Source: the human T2T-CHM13v2.0 reference genome, Homo sapiens. Taken from it: a DNA stretch of 64,000 nt. Under the pieces are notes generated by a model. It searched no databases. It had not been told where the DNA came from and saw only the letters and a list, made by a program, of their open reading frames with translations. Where the stretch lies: the NCBI RefSeq assembly GCF_009914755.1, contig NC_060935.1; one strand, given 5' to 3'. The first letter of the stretch is position 1. Every line of letters starts with the position of its first letter. A program made the translations under genes and the position numbers. Below are positions 14,885-27,326 of the stretch, piece after piece.

Positions 14885-15290
14885 CTACATGGGACAAAAT
14901 ACCTGAGCAATGTTCCTCCAAACCGTCAAGGTCATCAAAAACAAAGCCTGTGAAACTGTCACAGCCAAGAGAAGTCTGAGACATGATGACTAAATGTGAT
15001 GTGGTATTCTGCATGAGATCCTGGAACAGAGAAAGAACATGAGCTAAAAAGTAAGGAAGTCTGAACTTCAGTTCATAGTGAGGTATCAATAGGGTTGGAC
15101 TTCAGTTCATAGTGGACTTCAGTTCATAGTGAGGTATCAATAGGGTTCATTAATTGTGGCAAGCATGTCCTGCTAATCCAAAATGCTAATAATAAAGGAA
15201 ACTGGGTGTGGAATATATGAGGACTCTCTGTATTCTATCAGCAACTTTTCTGTAAATCTAAAACTCTTCTGAAACAAAAGGTTTATTAAC
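14885..15290 (+). mobile_element. Old L1M 3' end (L1MC/MD-like)
   Basis: gacatgatgactaaatgtgatgtggtattctg...ggaatatatgaggactctctgtattctat...tgtaaatctaaaact is typical of L1MC/MD 3' ends. Confidence 0.65.
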
Positions 15291-17029
15291 AAAACCTCGA
15301 ATGATCCTCAAGCACCTTTGTGCCCTCCTACTTCCCAGTTGGTGGCTCATCATGGATCTGACTCTCCACTTGCCCTGTGTGTTCTCAATAAGAGACTTCC
15401 TCTCCTTTCTAAGCCTAGAGTCACAGAACACGCTCTTGCCTGGCAGTGAGGAACCTGAGATCTAGTCCCACTTCTGCCACCATCCCACTATATGACCATG
15501 TGTCAATCATTTCCCCCTCCCAACCATAAGCCTCAGTTTACCCCTCTGTTCAATGAGAAAGTAAGACTAGAAGGTGCTTCTAGTCGGTCCATGAAGGCAG
15601 GGATGGTGTGTCTCATTCATGGCAGCATCTCCAGCTTCTAAGACAGTCCCAGGCACAAGACAGACACTGAAAAACAAAAAAGGATTCAATGAATAAATAA
15701 ATGAGCATTGCTCTGATACTCCAACACTCTAACTAGAAATGGAAACTTCTAGAGTGAGCTCAGCATCTCAGAACCTCCTTTCTTGTGTATTTGATTTCAA
15801 GCTCCCTGGGTCACATCTTTGTGTCTGTCTCCAACGTCGTGCATGGAGACTTTATAAGCATTTGTGCAATGATTGAGAAGAGCTGGCCCTCCCAGATCAG
15901 GCCCTGCAAGTGTTGAACTCCTTGGAATGCAGACAGTGGTGTCTGCTGAGACGGTAGGGAGGTGTGTCACATCTAAAGCTTATTGCGCTGGGGGTCATCC
16001 TGGCTTCTGAAGTTGGGGAGGATCTTCCCACGGAATCTATCTGCCTCTTTTTAACAAGCTCAGACTGAAAGGGCCTGGGCCTCCCAACCCCTAGTTAGGA
16101 GACCCTGGCAGATAACTTAGAGGAAGATAGCTCAAACCCAGGGAGGGAAGAAACTGGAAGTGACAAAAAGAATAAAAAAGAAAAGAAAAAAAGAAAAAAA
16201 AAAAGCCCTGCACAACCCCAATTGTCTAGAGACCTGGATTCCTGGATTTTAGTCCCAGCCCCCAGTATTCTCGGCATCCACGCCATGAGAACTGGGCAAG
16301 ATTTTCTCTGTGCCTCTAACTGGCCAACCTCCCAGAGTTGGAGTGGGGGTGAGTAAAAACAAGGATGAGTGTTCGTTCCAGTTCCTCAGAGGGGCTGTGT
16401 TCTCCGTGGGCAATTCCTCTGCCCAGAACATTTTCCCCACTAACCACTTACACTCCATGCTTCAGAGCAGGCTCCAGGCAGGCACCGTGGCTGTAAAGTC
16501 TCCCCTGACGCCCTGCCTGACTCCTTCCATTGTCTCCACGACAGGCCCTCGAACACTTCACACATTCCCTTAGAACTCACCACCCTGGGCTGTAATCGCC
16601 CATTTCACTGTCTGCCTCCACCAGCCGACTGCGAGCCCACTGGAGGCCGCTCACCATTTGGTCCTGCGTCCAGCATAGCGCTTGGCACATACGTGATAAA
16701 TAAGGACTTGTGGAACAAACAGATGAATGAATGGGTGAATAAATGAAGGCATGTGTGAACCAGTGAATTAGTAAGTGCTGTCACAACCAAGGGAAGGCTA
16801 AAACCGTATCATGTTTTGGATAGCTTACCTCAGATTTCCCAGGAGACTTGCTGGGGTTTTTTACAGCATCTGTAAAAATAATGATAATAGTGGCTCCAAT
16901 AGCCTGTTGTTGCCGTCGTAAATTCCCAAAGGGCTTTCCCTGGTGTGTTTCAGAAGAGGGAGAGCAGGCACTGATTCCCTGCCCTCAGTCTCCCTCCCTG
17001 CCTCCCCGTTTCTTCTTCCCACCTATGTT

Positions 17030-17755
17030 CTCACTCTCTGTCTCTCTCTGTCTCTATTTCTCTCTCCTCACTCTGCCTCTCTTTCACGGTCTCTGTCTCT
17101 GTCTTTGTCTCTGTTTCTTTCTCTCCCCACTGTCCCTGTCTCTCTCTCTCTCTCTCTTTCACTCTCTCTGCCTGTTTCTCTCTCTTCCCTCTCTCTCAAT
17201 CTCTCTCTCCTCTCTCTTCTCTCCCTCTCCTTCTTTCTGTCTTTTTCTTTCACTATTTCTGCCTCTGTTTCTCTTTCCTCTCTCTTTCTGTCTCTCTTTT
17301 CTCTTTCTCTCCCTCCATCTCTGTCTCTTACACTATCTTTGCCTCTGTTTCTCTCTTCTCTCTCCCTCCCTCTGCCTCTGTCTCTATCTTTTTCACTATC
17401 TCTGCTCTGTTTCTCTCTCTTCTCAATCTCTCTCTTTCTCCCTGTCTCTCCTCTCTCTCCCTCCTTTGTCTCTATCTTTCTCTTTCACTGTCTACCTGAT
17501 TCACTCTCTCTTCCCTCTCCCTCTGTCTTTTCTCTCTCAATTCCTCTCTCCCTGCTTCTATATCTCTCTCTTTCACTATCTCTGCCTCTGTTTCTCTCTC
17601 CCCATACTTCATTTCTCTCTCTCTGTCTCTCTCTCTCTTTCTCTCTCCCCCTCTCTCTCTTCCCTTGTCTCTATCTTTCTCTTCACTATCTCGCCTCTCT
17701 CTCTTCTTTCTCTGTCCCTCTGCTTTCTCCTCTCTGCCCTGTCTCTGTCTTTCGG
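17030..17755 (+). repeat. About 720-bp degenerate (TC)n polypyrimidine low-complexity tract
   Basis: Almost exclusively C/T, with recurring ttcactatctctgcctctgtttctct subunits. Confidence 0.95.
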
Positions 17756-18419
17756 GTACTCTCCATCATTTCCCTCCCCATCCCCATTCACTCTCCACTG
17801 TGTGCCAGGCATCTCACACAGAAGTTCTCACTTTCCTTCCCAGACACCTAGTGTTGCCTCATTTGTACTTTGGGAGAAACATCCCCTTACCATGGTCAAG
17901 AATGTGGGCTTTGGGCTTGGGAGCCAGACAGATTCAGCTGGTTCCAAGCCCAGCTCTTCCACCTGCTAGTCTGTGATCTTGGTCAAGAGGTCTAACTAAC
18001 CTCTCTGAGTCTCAGCTTCCTTATGAGCAAAATGAGGTGAAAATGCCCCCTCTTAAAGGATGGCTGCAAGGATTAAATGAGATAATGCTTGGGAAATGCT
18101 TAGCACAGTGGCAGAACTCCATAAATGCGAGCTCTCTTGTTACTATCAGTTCTACTATGATTATTATTTTTTTGCATTGTCTGCAAACATTATTAATACC
18201 CAGGAGATCATTATTGAAGATGACAAATACCTCTGGACTGAATAGCCCCACCACCACGCCGACCCCAGGATCATTTCAGCCCCTTCCCCCCTCCTCCAAA
18301 TAGATGACCACCAAAGCCCAGTTGGCTGTGGTTCTGACCCTCTGGTCTTCTATGCCCACTTTAATTTGGGCAGAATCCATCTGGATAGAGATTCCCTAAG
18401 CCTGGCTTTCCCAAAAAAT

Positions 18420-18570
18420 TATCTGAGTTTTTAGTAATTGTAAATATCTGGGGTGAGTCAAGGAGAGTCTGACTCCATAGGTCTGGGGTGATACCCAGGA
18501 ACTGGGTATTTTCAAAAGCATCCAGAGCGACTCTGATTGGAGAACAGGGATTCAAGCTTCTGGTCTAAAC
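18420..18570. mobile_element. MER5A-like DNA transposon
   Basis: gagtctgactccataggtctggggtgatacccaggaactgggtattttcaaaagc resembles the MER5A core. Confidence 0.55.
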
Positions 18571-18654
18571 TCAGTGGCTACTCAAGTGATATTAAGTAAA
18601 TCAATCAATAGGAGATGGTAAATGAATAAAGGCATAAATGAGTAGATGGATTGG

Positions 18655-18709
18655 TGGATGGATGGATGGATGGATGGATGGATGGATGGATGGATGGATG
18701 GATAGATGA
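18655..18709 (+). repeat. (GGAT)n tetranucleotide microsatellite
   Basis: About 12 perfect GGAT units. Confidence 0.95.
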
Positions 18710-19034
18710 GTAATAGGTCTACCTCCATGGGAAGAAATGCTGGTATTTTTCCCCAGACCTATGCTCTGGCCTCCAAAATATGTGTCCTTTTGTTCTGTGG
18801 CTTTTCAGAGCACAACACTTAGCTGCTCCCCTGTTTCTTTTCTTCCTTTTCTTCTCTGCACCTAAATCCCATCCTTTCCCTTTCCTGATGCCTATTTCCT
18901 CCATCCTCTCTCCCTCCTCACTTCGCCCCCTCCTTTTAGCTCCCACTTCTCTTTACGGCTTCCCCCTCACCATGCTGAAACATTTGCAAGCTGGAGGTTA
19001 TCCCAAGACACTTTCATGAGAAGAGGCTTTGGAC

Positions 19035-21312
19035 ACAACAGTTGCACAAACAGTTTTATTTGATGAACCACAGTGACTAACAGGATCAGAAGACAGTGCA
19101 GATATTCTGAAGAAGGCACTGGGGGAGGTAAGGGGGTATCACAGCAGGCAGCCTCCTCTGCTTCTGTCCCAGTTCACAGATGAGTTCCAGGCAGGAAGTC
19201 TCTGCAGGTCACCCACGGCGGCCTCAGAGGGACAATTTCTTCCCTTCTAGAAGCCTCTTCCAGTGTTCACTGGATGCTTTGAGGACAGCTCTGGGCAGAG
19301 GAGGTGACTCTGTGAAAGATGCTATCTTAAGATGGGGAGACTAGGCTGTGAGGAGCCCCTTCCCCTCTCCTCCTCCCTCTGCCCCCAGAGCTGGCGTCAT
19401 TCCAGGGAGGGTCAAGATGTCCATTCACATCAAGCTGGGCTTTTCTTATCTCCATCGCTCATGTCTTGTCCTTCACTTTCATAGTCCTCCAAGAACAAAA
19501 CCCGGAATAGACACTCCCAGCCTCTAGCTCACAAAGGCCCCACTATTAATTTCATCCTCACGGTCTCTCTGGCAGTGTAGACATCATGCTATCTGCACAC
19601 TTGCTCCAGTCCCTATTCCCAGATCCCCAATCCAGCAGAAGCCAAGAGGTCCAATCCTGAGGGTAGGGAGAGAAAAAACCCACCCCGTGCCTTTTGGCCC
19701 ATGGCAAGCAGGAGGCCTCCTTAGGAAGAGGGCCACTGACCCTGGAACAAGAAAGGACGATGAGGGCAATGCTCATAAATTTGAAGCCAGGCGGGGAGGC
19801 ACCGGAAAGGGGCCAAGGGAGGCTCTCAACTAGCCTCTTACTTCCTTCATGGAGCCCAAGAAGGAGCAGGAACCCAGCTCAGTAGGACGCCCCCAAGCCT
19901 TGGCGCCAGCTGCTTTGGGGAGGGATCTCCCTACAGGAAGCCTGGTGCAAACATTAACTTCGCTCCTAAAGCACGGACCAGCCGTTGGAGCCCCCAAATC
20001 CAGTAGGGAGTGGACTCATTTTTATTCTACATTTTTCATTGCCTCAGTGTGTCCCTGCCCCCCACCACCCCCTGCCAAGGGTAATGTGTGAACAGCAGAG
20101 TTGCAGTGGATTGGGGGGTGGGAGGAGATTTGTCCAAATGACCCAGGCACACTGCTGTTCATGCCAGGCTCATCCATATAGACATATAAGTACAACACAC
20201 ACAGACAAGAGGCAGGCATCTCCATCCCAAACAACATGATTCTTGGCACCAAGTAGCACCAGTGCCCAAGAAAGAAATCAGTATGATGGGGTAAGATGGG
20301 GAGATGAGGAAACCCTTCAGCTCACAGTTATGCAGGAAGTCAGAAACAGGAGGACTCGGGGAGCGAGCCAAGCAGTGTCTGGACTAAATGCAGACACCCC
20401 TCCATCCTCTCTCTCTAGTTGCCCTTCCCAACTCCCCACTCACATAATGAAACCAAGGAGTACATCCATTCATCAGCCCTGCTGCCTTCCAATTCTCATA
20501 GAAAATAGAGGAAGGATGAAAGGGTCTGCGGACAATTTGGAGAAAGCATATCTAGTCAGTGTCATGGTGCCATGGGGGAACTGCAGGAATCACACTAGCC
20601 CCAATGCCCAAAATGACAGGGAAGTGATCCAATTTTAGGGCAAGCTCTGGAGCTCCCAGATCTAAGGGCTGGAGCACTAATTATCTGCTGACACACAGCC
20701 CACCCCCGGCCCCAGCCCATTCCCTGCCTCACACTCAGAAAACAGGATAGAAAGCTTAAACAGGGTCAGTCTCTGCAAGCTTTGGGATCCTTAACCCTTA
20801 GTAGCCCTTCAGAACAAGAAAGTAGACAGGGGAGAAGGATGGATGGAGGGAGGGGGACGAGCTGTAGGAGGGGATTGGTGCCAGAAGGCAGGGATAAGGA
20901 GCGGCAGCTGCAGAGAGTGGTGGGGGAAAAACTACAAGGAAAGAAGGGAGGAAAGACGATTGCAGATCTAAGAAAGCAGCAGAGGGAAACAAGCTTTTAC
21001 TGCGTCCAGACTCAGGCTTCAACATTTTAGGATCAATATGACTTTCCCCCATTTCATACCAATGGAGAAACTGAGGCTGAGTGAGATTAAATGGCTTGTG
21101 CAGGGTCAGGTCTGTAGAGCCCAGTCTCTTTCCCCTAAACCACAAACCTCTGAGAAAGAATAAAGCAGTAGAGGAGGACAGGGCGGGGCAGAATCAGGGG
21201 ACAGTTAAAGGATGTGCATAGGACAAGGAGTAGCCACACTACCTGATTTTCAGAAAGCAAGGGCAAAGGCCGGGGAGGGCCGAGGGCGCCAGGCTTCTCT
21301 CTGCTCCCAGCC
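19035..21312 (-). other. APLNR: APLNR 3'UTR (about 2.3 kb, repeat-poor apart from a small MIR near 21040-21130)
   Basis: Unique sequence from the stop codon to the AATAAA at 19055-19060; the 3' end is inferred from the poly(A) signal. Confidence 0.75.
19055..19060 (-). terminator. Polyadenylation signal AATAAA of APLNR
   Basis: Plus strand TTTATT; on the minus strand it is followed by GU-rich ctgtttgtgcaactgttgtgtcc. Gives a transcript of about 3.7 kb. Confidence 0.75.
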
Positions 21313-22554
<1,242 letters not shown>

Positions 22555-22689
22555 TCAGAGAGTAAGAAGGGCTGAAGATGCCCAGAGTCCTTCCCAGCAC
22601 TCAGGAGGAGCTGCCTCTGGGTTCTCCAGACCCTGGAGGAAGCCTGTCTCCTGCAGAATTTCCTCCACCCTCTCTTGCCTTACCCCCGT

Positions 22690-23050
22690 CTCAGTTAAGA
22701 CACTTCCTTGCACCCTCCTGCGTCCCTGTCTCCTCCTTGACTCGTCACTCCCTCCTCCCACCTCCAGACCAGCCCCTCTCTTGTGAGTCAAAATCTTTAG
22801 TGACAGCCCACTTTTTTTTTCTTTTTGTCACTGAGCAAGTGGACCAAATTGACCCCTACTGTGCTGGGCTGAACATTATCTGTGGTTTTGCAAGTCGGCT
22901 TTCCTGGCCCCGCCTCTCCTTTCTGGCTGCCACCCACCTTCACCCCAGCCCCTATCCCTCCACTTTCCTCTGGCCACCACTTCCTGCCTGCCCTTTAGGG
23001 CACTCCCTCCTCAGTGCTCTCCGCCCTCCTGTTCTCACCCCCTTCCATCC
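22690..23050 (-). promoter_or_regulatory. APLNR: APLNR proximal promoter (TATA-less); TSS estimated near 22.7 kb
   Basis: ETS cores ACTTCCT 22702-22708 and ACTTCCTG 22979-22986, AP-1 TGAGTCA 22784-22790, GC box CCCCGCCT 22908-22915, several CACCC (KLF) boxes at 22930-22946. No ATG on the minus strand between 22456 and about 22750. Confidence 0.7.
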
Positions 23051-23596
23051 AATCTAAATGGGACACATTATGCAGATTGCAATCCAGCTTGAGCTGGAGC
23101 CAGGGCTGGTAGGGAGCAAGGAGGGTGTAAGATTTCGCAGGATGGGCAGGGCATCTGGCAGGTCCTCCTGGCAGGCAGGTCTGGCCCCCTCGGCTCCCTT
23201 CCTGCACCCCCAGCCCCCACCCAGACCAGGTGTCACAGGAGGGTCTTCTCCCACTTTGCCTCTCGCTTCATCTTTCTCTACCCCTTGGCTTTGACCCTCC
23301 CTCTGAGAACTTTTGTGGTTTCTAGAGAAATACCCCTACACTAGTGTAGACTGCAGTTTGCAGTTTGCGGAAGGCACAGGATGCTTTAGAAGGTTGAGGG
23401 CAGTCACAGGATGGAAGAAACCCAGGACAAAATTATCTCTAAACAAGTCATTAAATCTGTAGGAAACAAAGGCCCAACAAGGTCAATGTTTTGCCCAAGG
23501 TAATAAAGTGAATTATGCTACAGTTGATTGTTTGCTTTTCTTCTTCTCCAAACACGAACATAACACAGTACCTGGCATGTCGTAGGTGAATGGCTG

Positions 23597-23862
23597 TTTT
23601 GTTTGTTTGTTTGTTTGTTGAGACAGAGTTTCACTCTTGTTGCCCAGGCTGGTCTAGGCTCACTGCAACTTCTGCCTCCTGGGTTCAAGCGATTCTCCCG
23701 CCTCAGCCTCCCTAGTAGCTGGGATTGCAGGCTAATTTTTTTGTATTTTTAGTAGAGATGGGGATTGACCAGGCTAGTCTCAAACTCCTGACCTCAGATG
23801 ATCCACCCACCTCGGCCTCCCAAAGTGCTGAAATTACAGGCATGAGCCACCACGCCCAGCCA
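23597..23862 (-). mobile_element. Alu with two internal deletions
   Basis: Alu consensus; TSD aggtgaatggctgtt on both sides. Confidence 0.92.
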
Positions 23863-24332
23863 GGTGAATGGCTGTTGAGTGAGTAAGTGGATGGATGATG
23901 TAGGAGGTGAGTGAAAAGGGGAATCCATAGATGGAAGAACGAGTGTAAGAATTACTACGTGGTGAGAACATGGATACATTTCAGTTCTCAGGTTTTTACT
24001 ATCCTCCATGGACCAAGAGGTTTCTGTAAGACCACAGGGGGTCAGGAAGTTGAGCTAGAGGAGGGGGGTCTCTAGAGAAAGACTCAGTCACTGGAGGATA
24101 CTGTGGGGAAAGTTCCGTAGACGCTCACTTTGCCCCAGCTCATCACCTCTCCAGGACCTCTAGGAAGGAAGGAAGATGCACGACGTAAGATTTTTTTTAA
24201 AAAATACGCACCCTTTCCACAACCTTGAAGAGTTGGGGAAGCCACCTGACGTTGGGTAATAGTGAGATGGAACAAAAGCAGGAGCTGAGCCTTAGCCACT
24301 TCCAAGGCAAAAGACTTACAAAAGCTGGAATT

Positions 24333-24450
24333 GGCCAGGCAAGGTGGCTCATGCCTATAATCCCAGCACTTTGGGAGGCCAAGGCAGGAAGACTGCTTGA
24401 GCCCAGGAGTTCAAGACTAGCCTGAATAACACAGCCAAGACCCTGTCTCA
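24333..24450 (+). mobile_element. Alu left monomer (FLAM/AluJ-like)
   Basis: ggccaggcaaggtggctcatgcctataatccc...agaccctgtctc; TSD tacaaaagctggaat. Confidence 0.85.
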
Positions 24451-24558
24451 CGATATATATTTGTCTTAAGTTACTACAAAAGCTGGAATCCATTTTCTGG
24501 AGGGAGAGTGGATCAGAAAATCATATGCAGAGATCAAGGAACTCAAACTCAAATACCT

Positions 24559-24591
<33 letters not shown>

Positions 24592-25094
24592 AGGCCAAGA
24601 GTGTAGTTTGAGACAACAGAGAATGGTAAAGACTGTGGCAAACTGGAGGGTGCCCATTCCATCATAGGGAGGCCTCTTCAGCTCTAGTCTCTGGTTGCCA
24701 CGCAGAAAGCTGGACCCCAGCATGACTGTGTCTTAGGATTTTTCCAAGATAATTTCAAATTATGGATTTTTGTAAGAAATTTTCATATTTGTAAATTTTG
24801 GAAATCAATTTTCATTTCAAAAAAAAGCACAGACCATGATAAGTAAAACATGTCTTTGGCCCCCGAGTTTGTGTTCTTTAAACAGGAGCTTGCCAAGAAT
24901 AGAAGGCAGGAGAAGAACCAAGAGGATGGGGCAGGAGGAGGAAACAAAAAATGCAAAGATAGAAAAAGCCTTAGAGTGCAGTGGGGAGATACAGGAGAGA
25001 AGGCTGCAGAGAGAGATTAGAAAGATCCTGTGACCTTCACCTAAATGCAATGTGGAGTAATGAATATGTTGGTGTTTCTCATGAGGACTACATG

Positions 25095-25345
25095 TTGCCC
25101 ACTTATTGTGTGCCAGGCAGTCTTCTAAACATTTTATACATTCTACATATATTTATTAGTATCTCTTTTAATCATCAAAATGACATTAGGAGGCAGGTGC
25201 TCTCATTAGCCTCAATTTACAGATGAGGAAACTGAGGCACACAGAGGTGAAGCAGTTTAGCCAAGATCACCCAGCAGTAATTGTCAGAGCCAGAATTTGA
25301 ACCAAAGCTGTCTCGAGCCCATGGACTAAACCACTATGCTCCCAA
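25095..25345 (-). mobile_element. MIR (one of many; others near 530-620, 2000-2270, 3200-3400, 4590-4800, 17880-18160, 31020-31210, 32770-32980, 34020-34230, 55800-56030, 63000-63230)
   Basis: MIR core ttacagatgaggaaactgaggcacacagagg. Confidence 0.85.
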
Positions 25346-27326
25346 AGAAAAACGCCCAATCCTTTTTAAACTGAGGGGTGTGTCATCTGTTAAGCATTAG
25401 AGAAATGTAGGGCGATGCCAGGATACCTGTAATTTACCTTAAAATAAGCTCTACCGGGTGAGATTTTAAATAGATTGACTATTTAGAGACACACCTCACA
25501 TTGATTAGACAGGGTATAAGAATCCTGCCAGGCAATAATCTGTACACTTAGGGTTAGCACCATAGACTTGATCCAGAAACCACCCTCGCTCTAGCCATTG
25601 CCAAAGAGAATTCCTGGTTGCCTGGTGCCAGCTAGAAAGCTAACAAGACTCTGCCCCTGGAATCTTGGCATTCTGTACAGTGGGGGCTGGGACACCCAAT
25701 AGGATCCAGAGCTGGGGCTCCATCCATCTCACAGTACACAGGGTAGGAATTGCTTGGGGCCTCTTGCTCCTGCATTTTTGGCTAATAGAAGTTCTGCGCA
25801 GATGGCAGAATGGTTTTCATTATATCCTGACATTCATTCATCATATCATGATTCATTCATCATATCCTGATATAATAGTTTCATTATATCCTGACATTAT
25901 ATCCTGGGTGGAAATAGCTAACCTTTGGCTACCTCAGACTTCTTCAGTGGTAAGCTATCTTTACCTATCAAAGGGGACCTTGGAGTTGTGCAGGGACCAG
26001 CTTGGCTCAGGTCAGGTCATAATAGATGGCCCTTTTACGAGTAAACATTACTGCTTGGGACATTCCAGGATAAAGACCAAGTTTGAGACGCCTAGTGATC
26101 CCAGTTCTCCCATGATTCTCCCAGAAAGATGCAGATGTCTGTGCCCTTTGCAGCTAGAAATACAGAGAGAAGGGAGCTAGCAAGCTTGAAGCGTCCCTGA
26201 AATCAGGTCCCTGTCTCCCTCCCCTCAGCTGTTCCCACTGGAATGCTGAGCCAGACAGGAGCCTGGAGACCCCTGTGGGAAAGGATATGGATCCATCGCT
26301 TTCATCTGCCGACCTCCAGGATGTCTGCCCTAGAGGGAGTAAAGAGCAGTTAATCTCACTAGAGTTACCAGACTCATTGAGAGGGGAGGGAATTGGGGGC
26401 CAGGGCTGGGAAGAGGCCACCGTTTGGGACCAGAGAGGGTAGAGTGCTGATAAGATCCGGCCTCCAACCAGGAGCCAGCTGTAGCCAGATGGCCTGAGTG
26501 CCCCCTGCAATGACAGCCTGAAGTGAGCAGAATTAGCCAGCTCACTCCTTATCCTGCCTGATCTGATCTGTCCCTGTTCCGCATTGCACCATTCCACACA
26601 GAAGAAAGACTGGAAAATAGGACCAGTAGCTGAAGATGAAACTTGTGTGTCCCGGGGCTCAGAAGTATATGGGTCCTGGGCCTCACAGACTAGACATATA
26701 CAAGGCCTGGGACAGATATCTTCTTTTCATTTCTGCCCCCCACCCTACTTGGCACCTGGTAAAAGTCTGTTGAATTAAAGCAATAGAAACACACTCAGGA
26801 GAAGGGTGTAAGACTTGGATCTTCACCCCAGAGCTGCTCTACTGCATTAACAAGGCAACTTTTGCTAAAGTGATCCAGGAAATTCTACTCTGAGCTATCT
26901 GGCAAACCAATAGCTAAGGCAAGCCTGTTGGCCAGGGTGCCCAGAGCTGGCCTGCCCTGGAGAGGCCTGCACAGGTTTCCTGGGGAACTTCCCTCTCTCT
27001 CCTGGGTGATTTCTTCAGGGCATTGTGATGAGACCGAGATGAATGACACCTGGCAGAAAAGCACTCCAGACCTGCTAGTGCCCTTTGAGGAGAGCCCAGA
27101 CTTCTGGGAGACCTCTGGAGTCAGTGGTTCAATATTCCTCACCCACCCCACCACCAGGTTTGTGCCTGGCCTAAAAAGCAGAGCCTGACTTGGCCTGTGC
27201 CCATGGACATGCTGACTATGTGTGCTTTGTGAATGCAAGTTTTCTGTGTGCCACGAGGTCACTTGGATGTGAAGTCTGTAGGTGCTTGTGAGCAGGCTGA
27301 ACTTGTGTGTGCAGGGGGATATGAGT

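Noticed and set aside
16848-17969. 373-aa and 302-aa plus-strand ORFs
   Set aside because: Non-ATG starts; they stay open only because the (TC)n tract lacks stop codons; Leu/Ser/Phe low complexity.
22555-22791. Upstream ORF in the same frame as APLNR, separated by one TGA
   Set aside because: Starts at TTG, probably upstream of the TSS; no recognisable protein similarity.
24561-24590. 30-nt pure poly(A) as an orphan retro-insertion
   Set aside because: No TSD or retroelement body detected; slippage expansion is sufficient.
26497-26515. CTCF-like TTGCAGGGGGCAC
   Set aside because: Lacks the 5' CC of the core; too weak to call without data.
25665-26597. 171-aa and 147-aa ORFs; possible processed pseudogene
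   Set aside because: No recognisable homology, poly(A) tail or TSD; the first ORF spans a micro-duplication scar.
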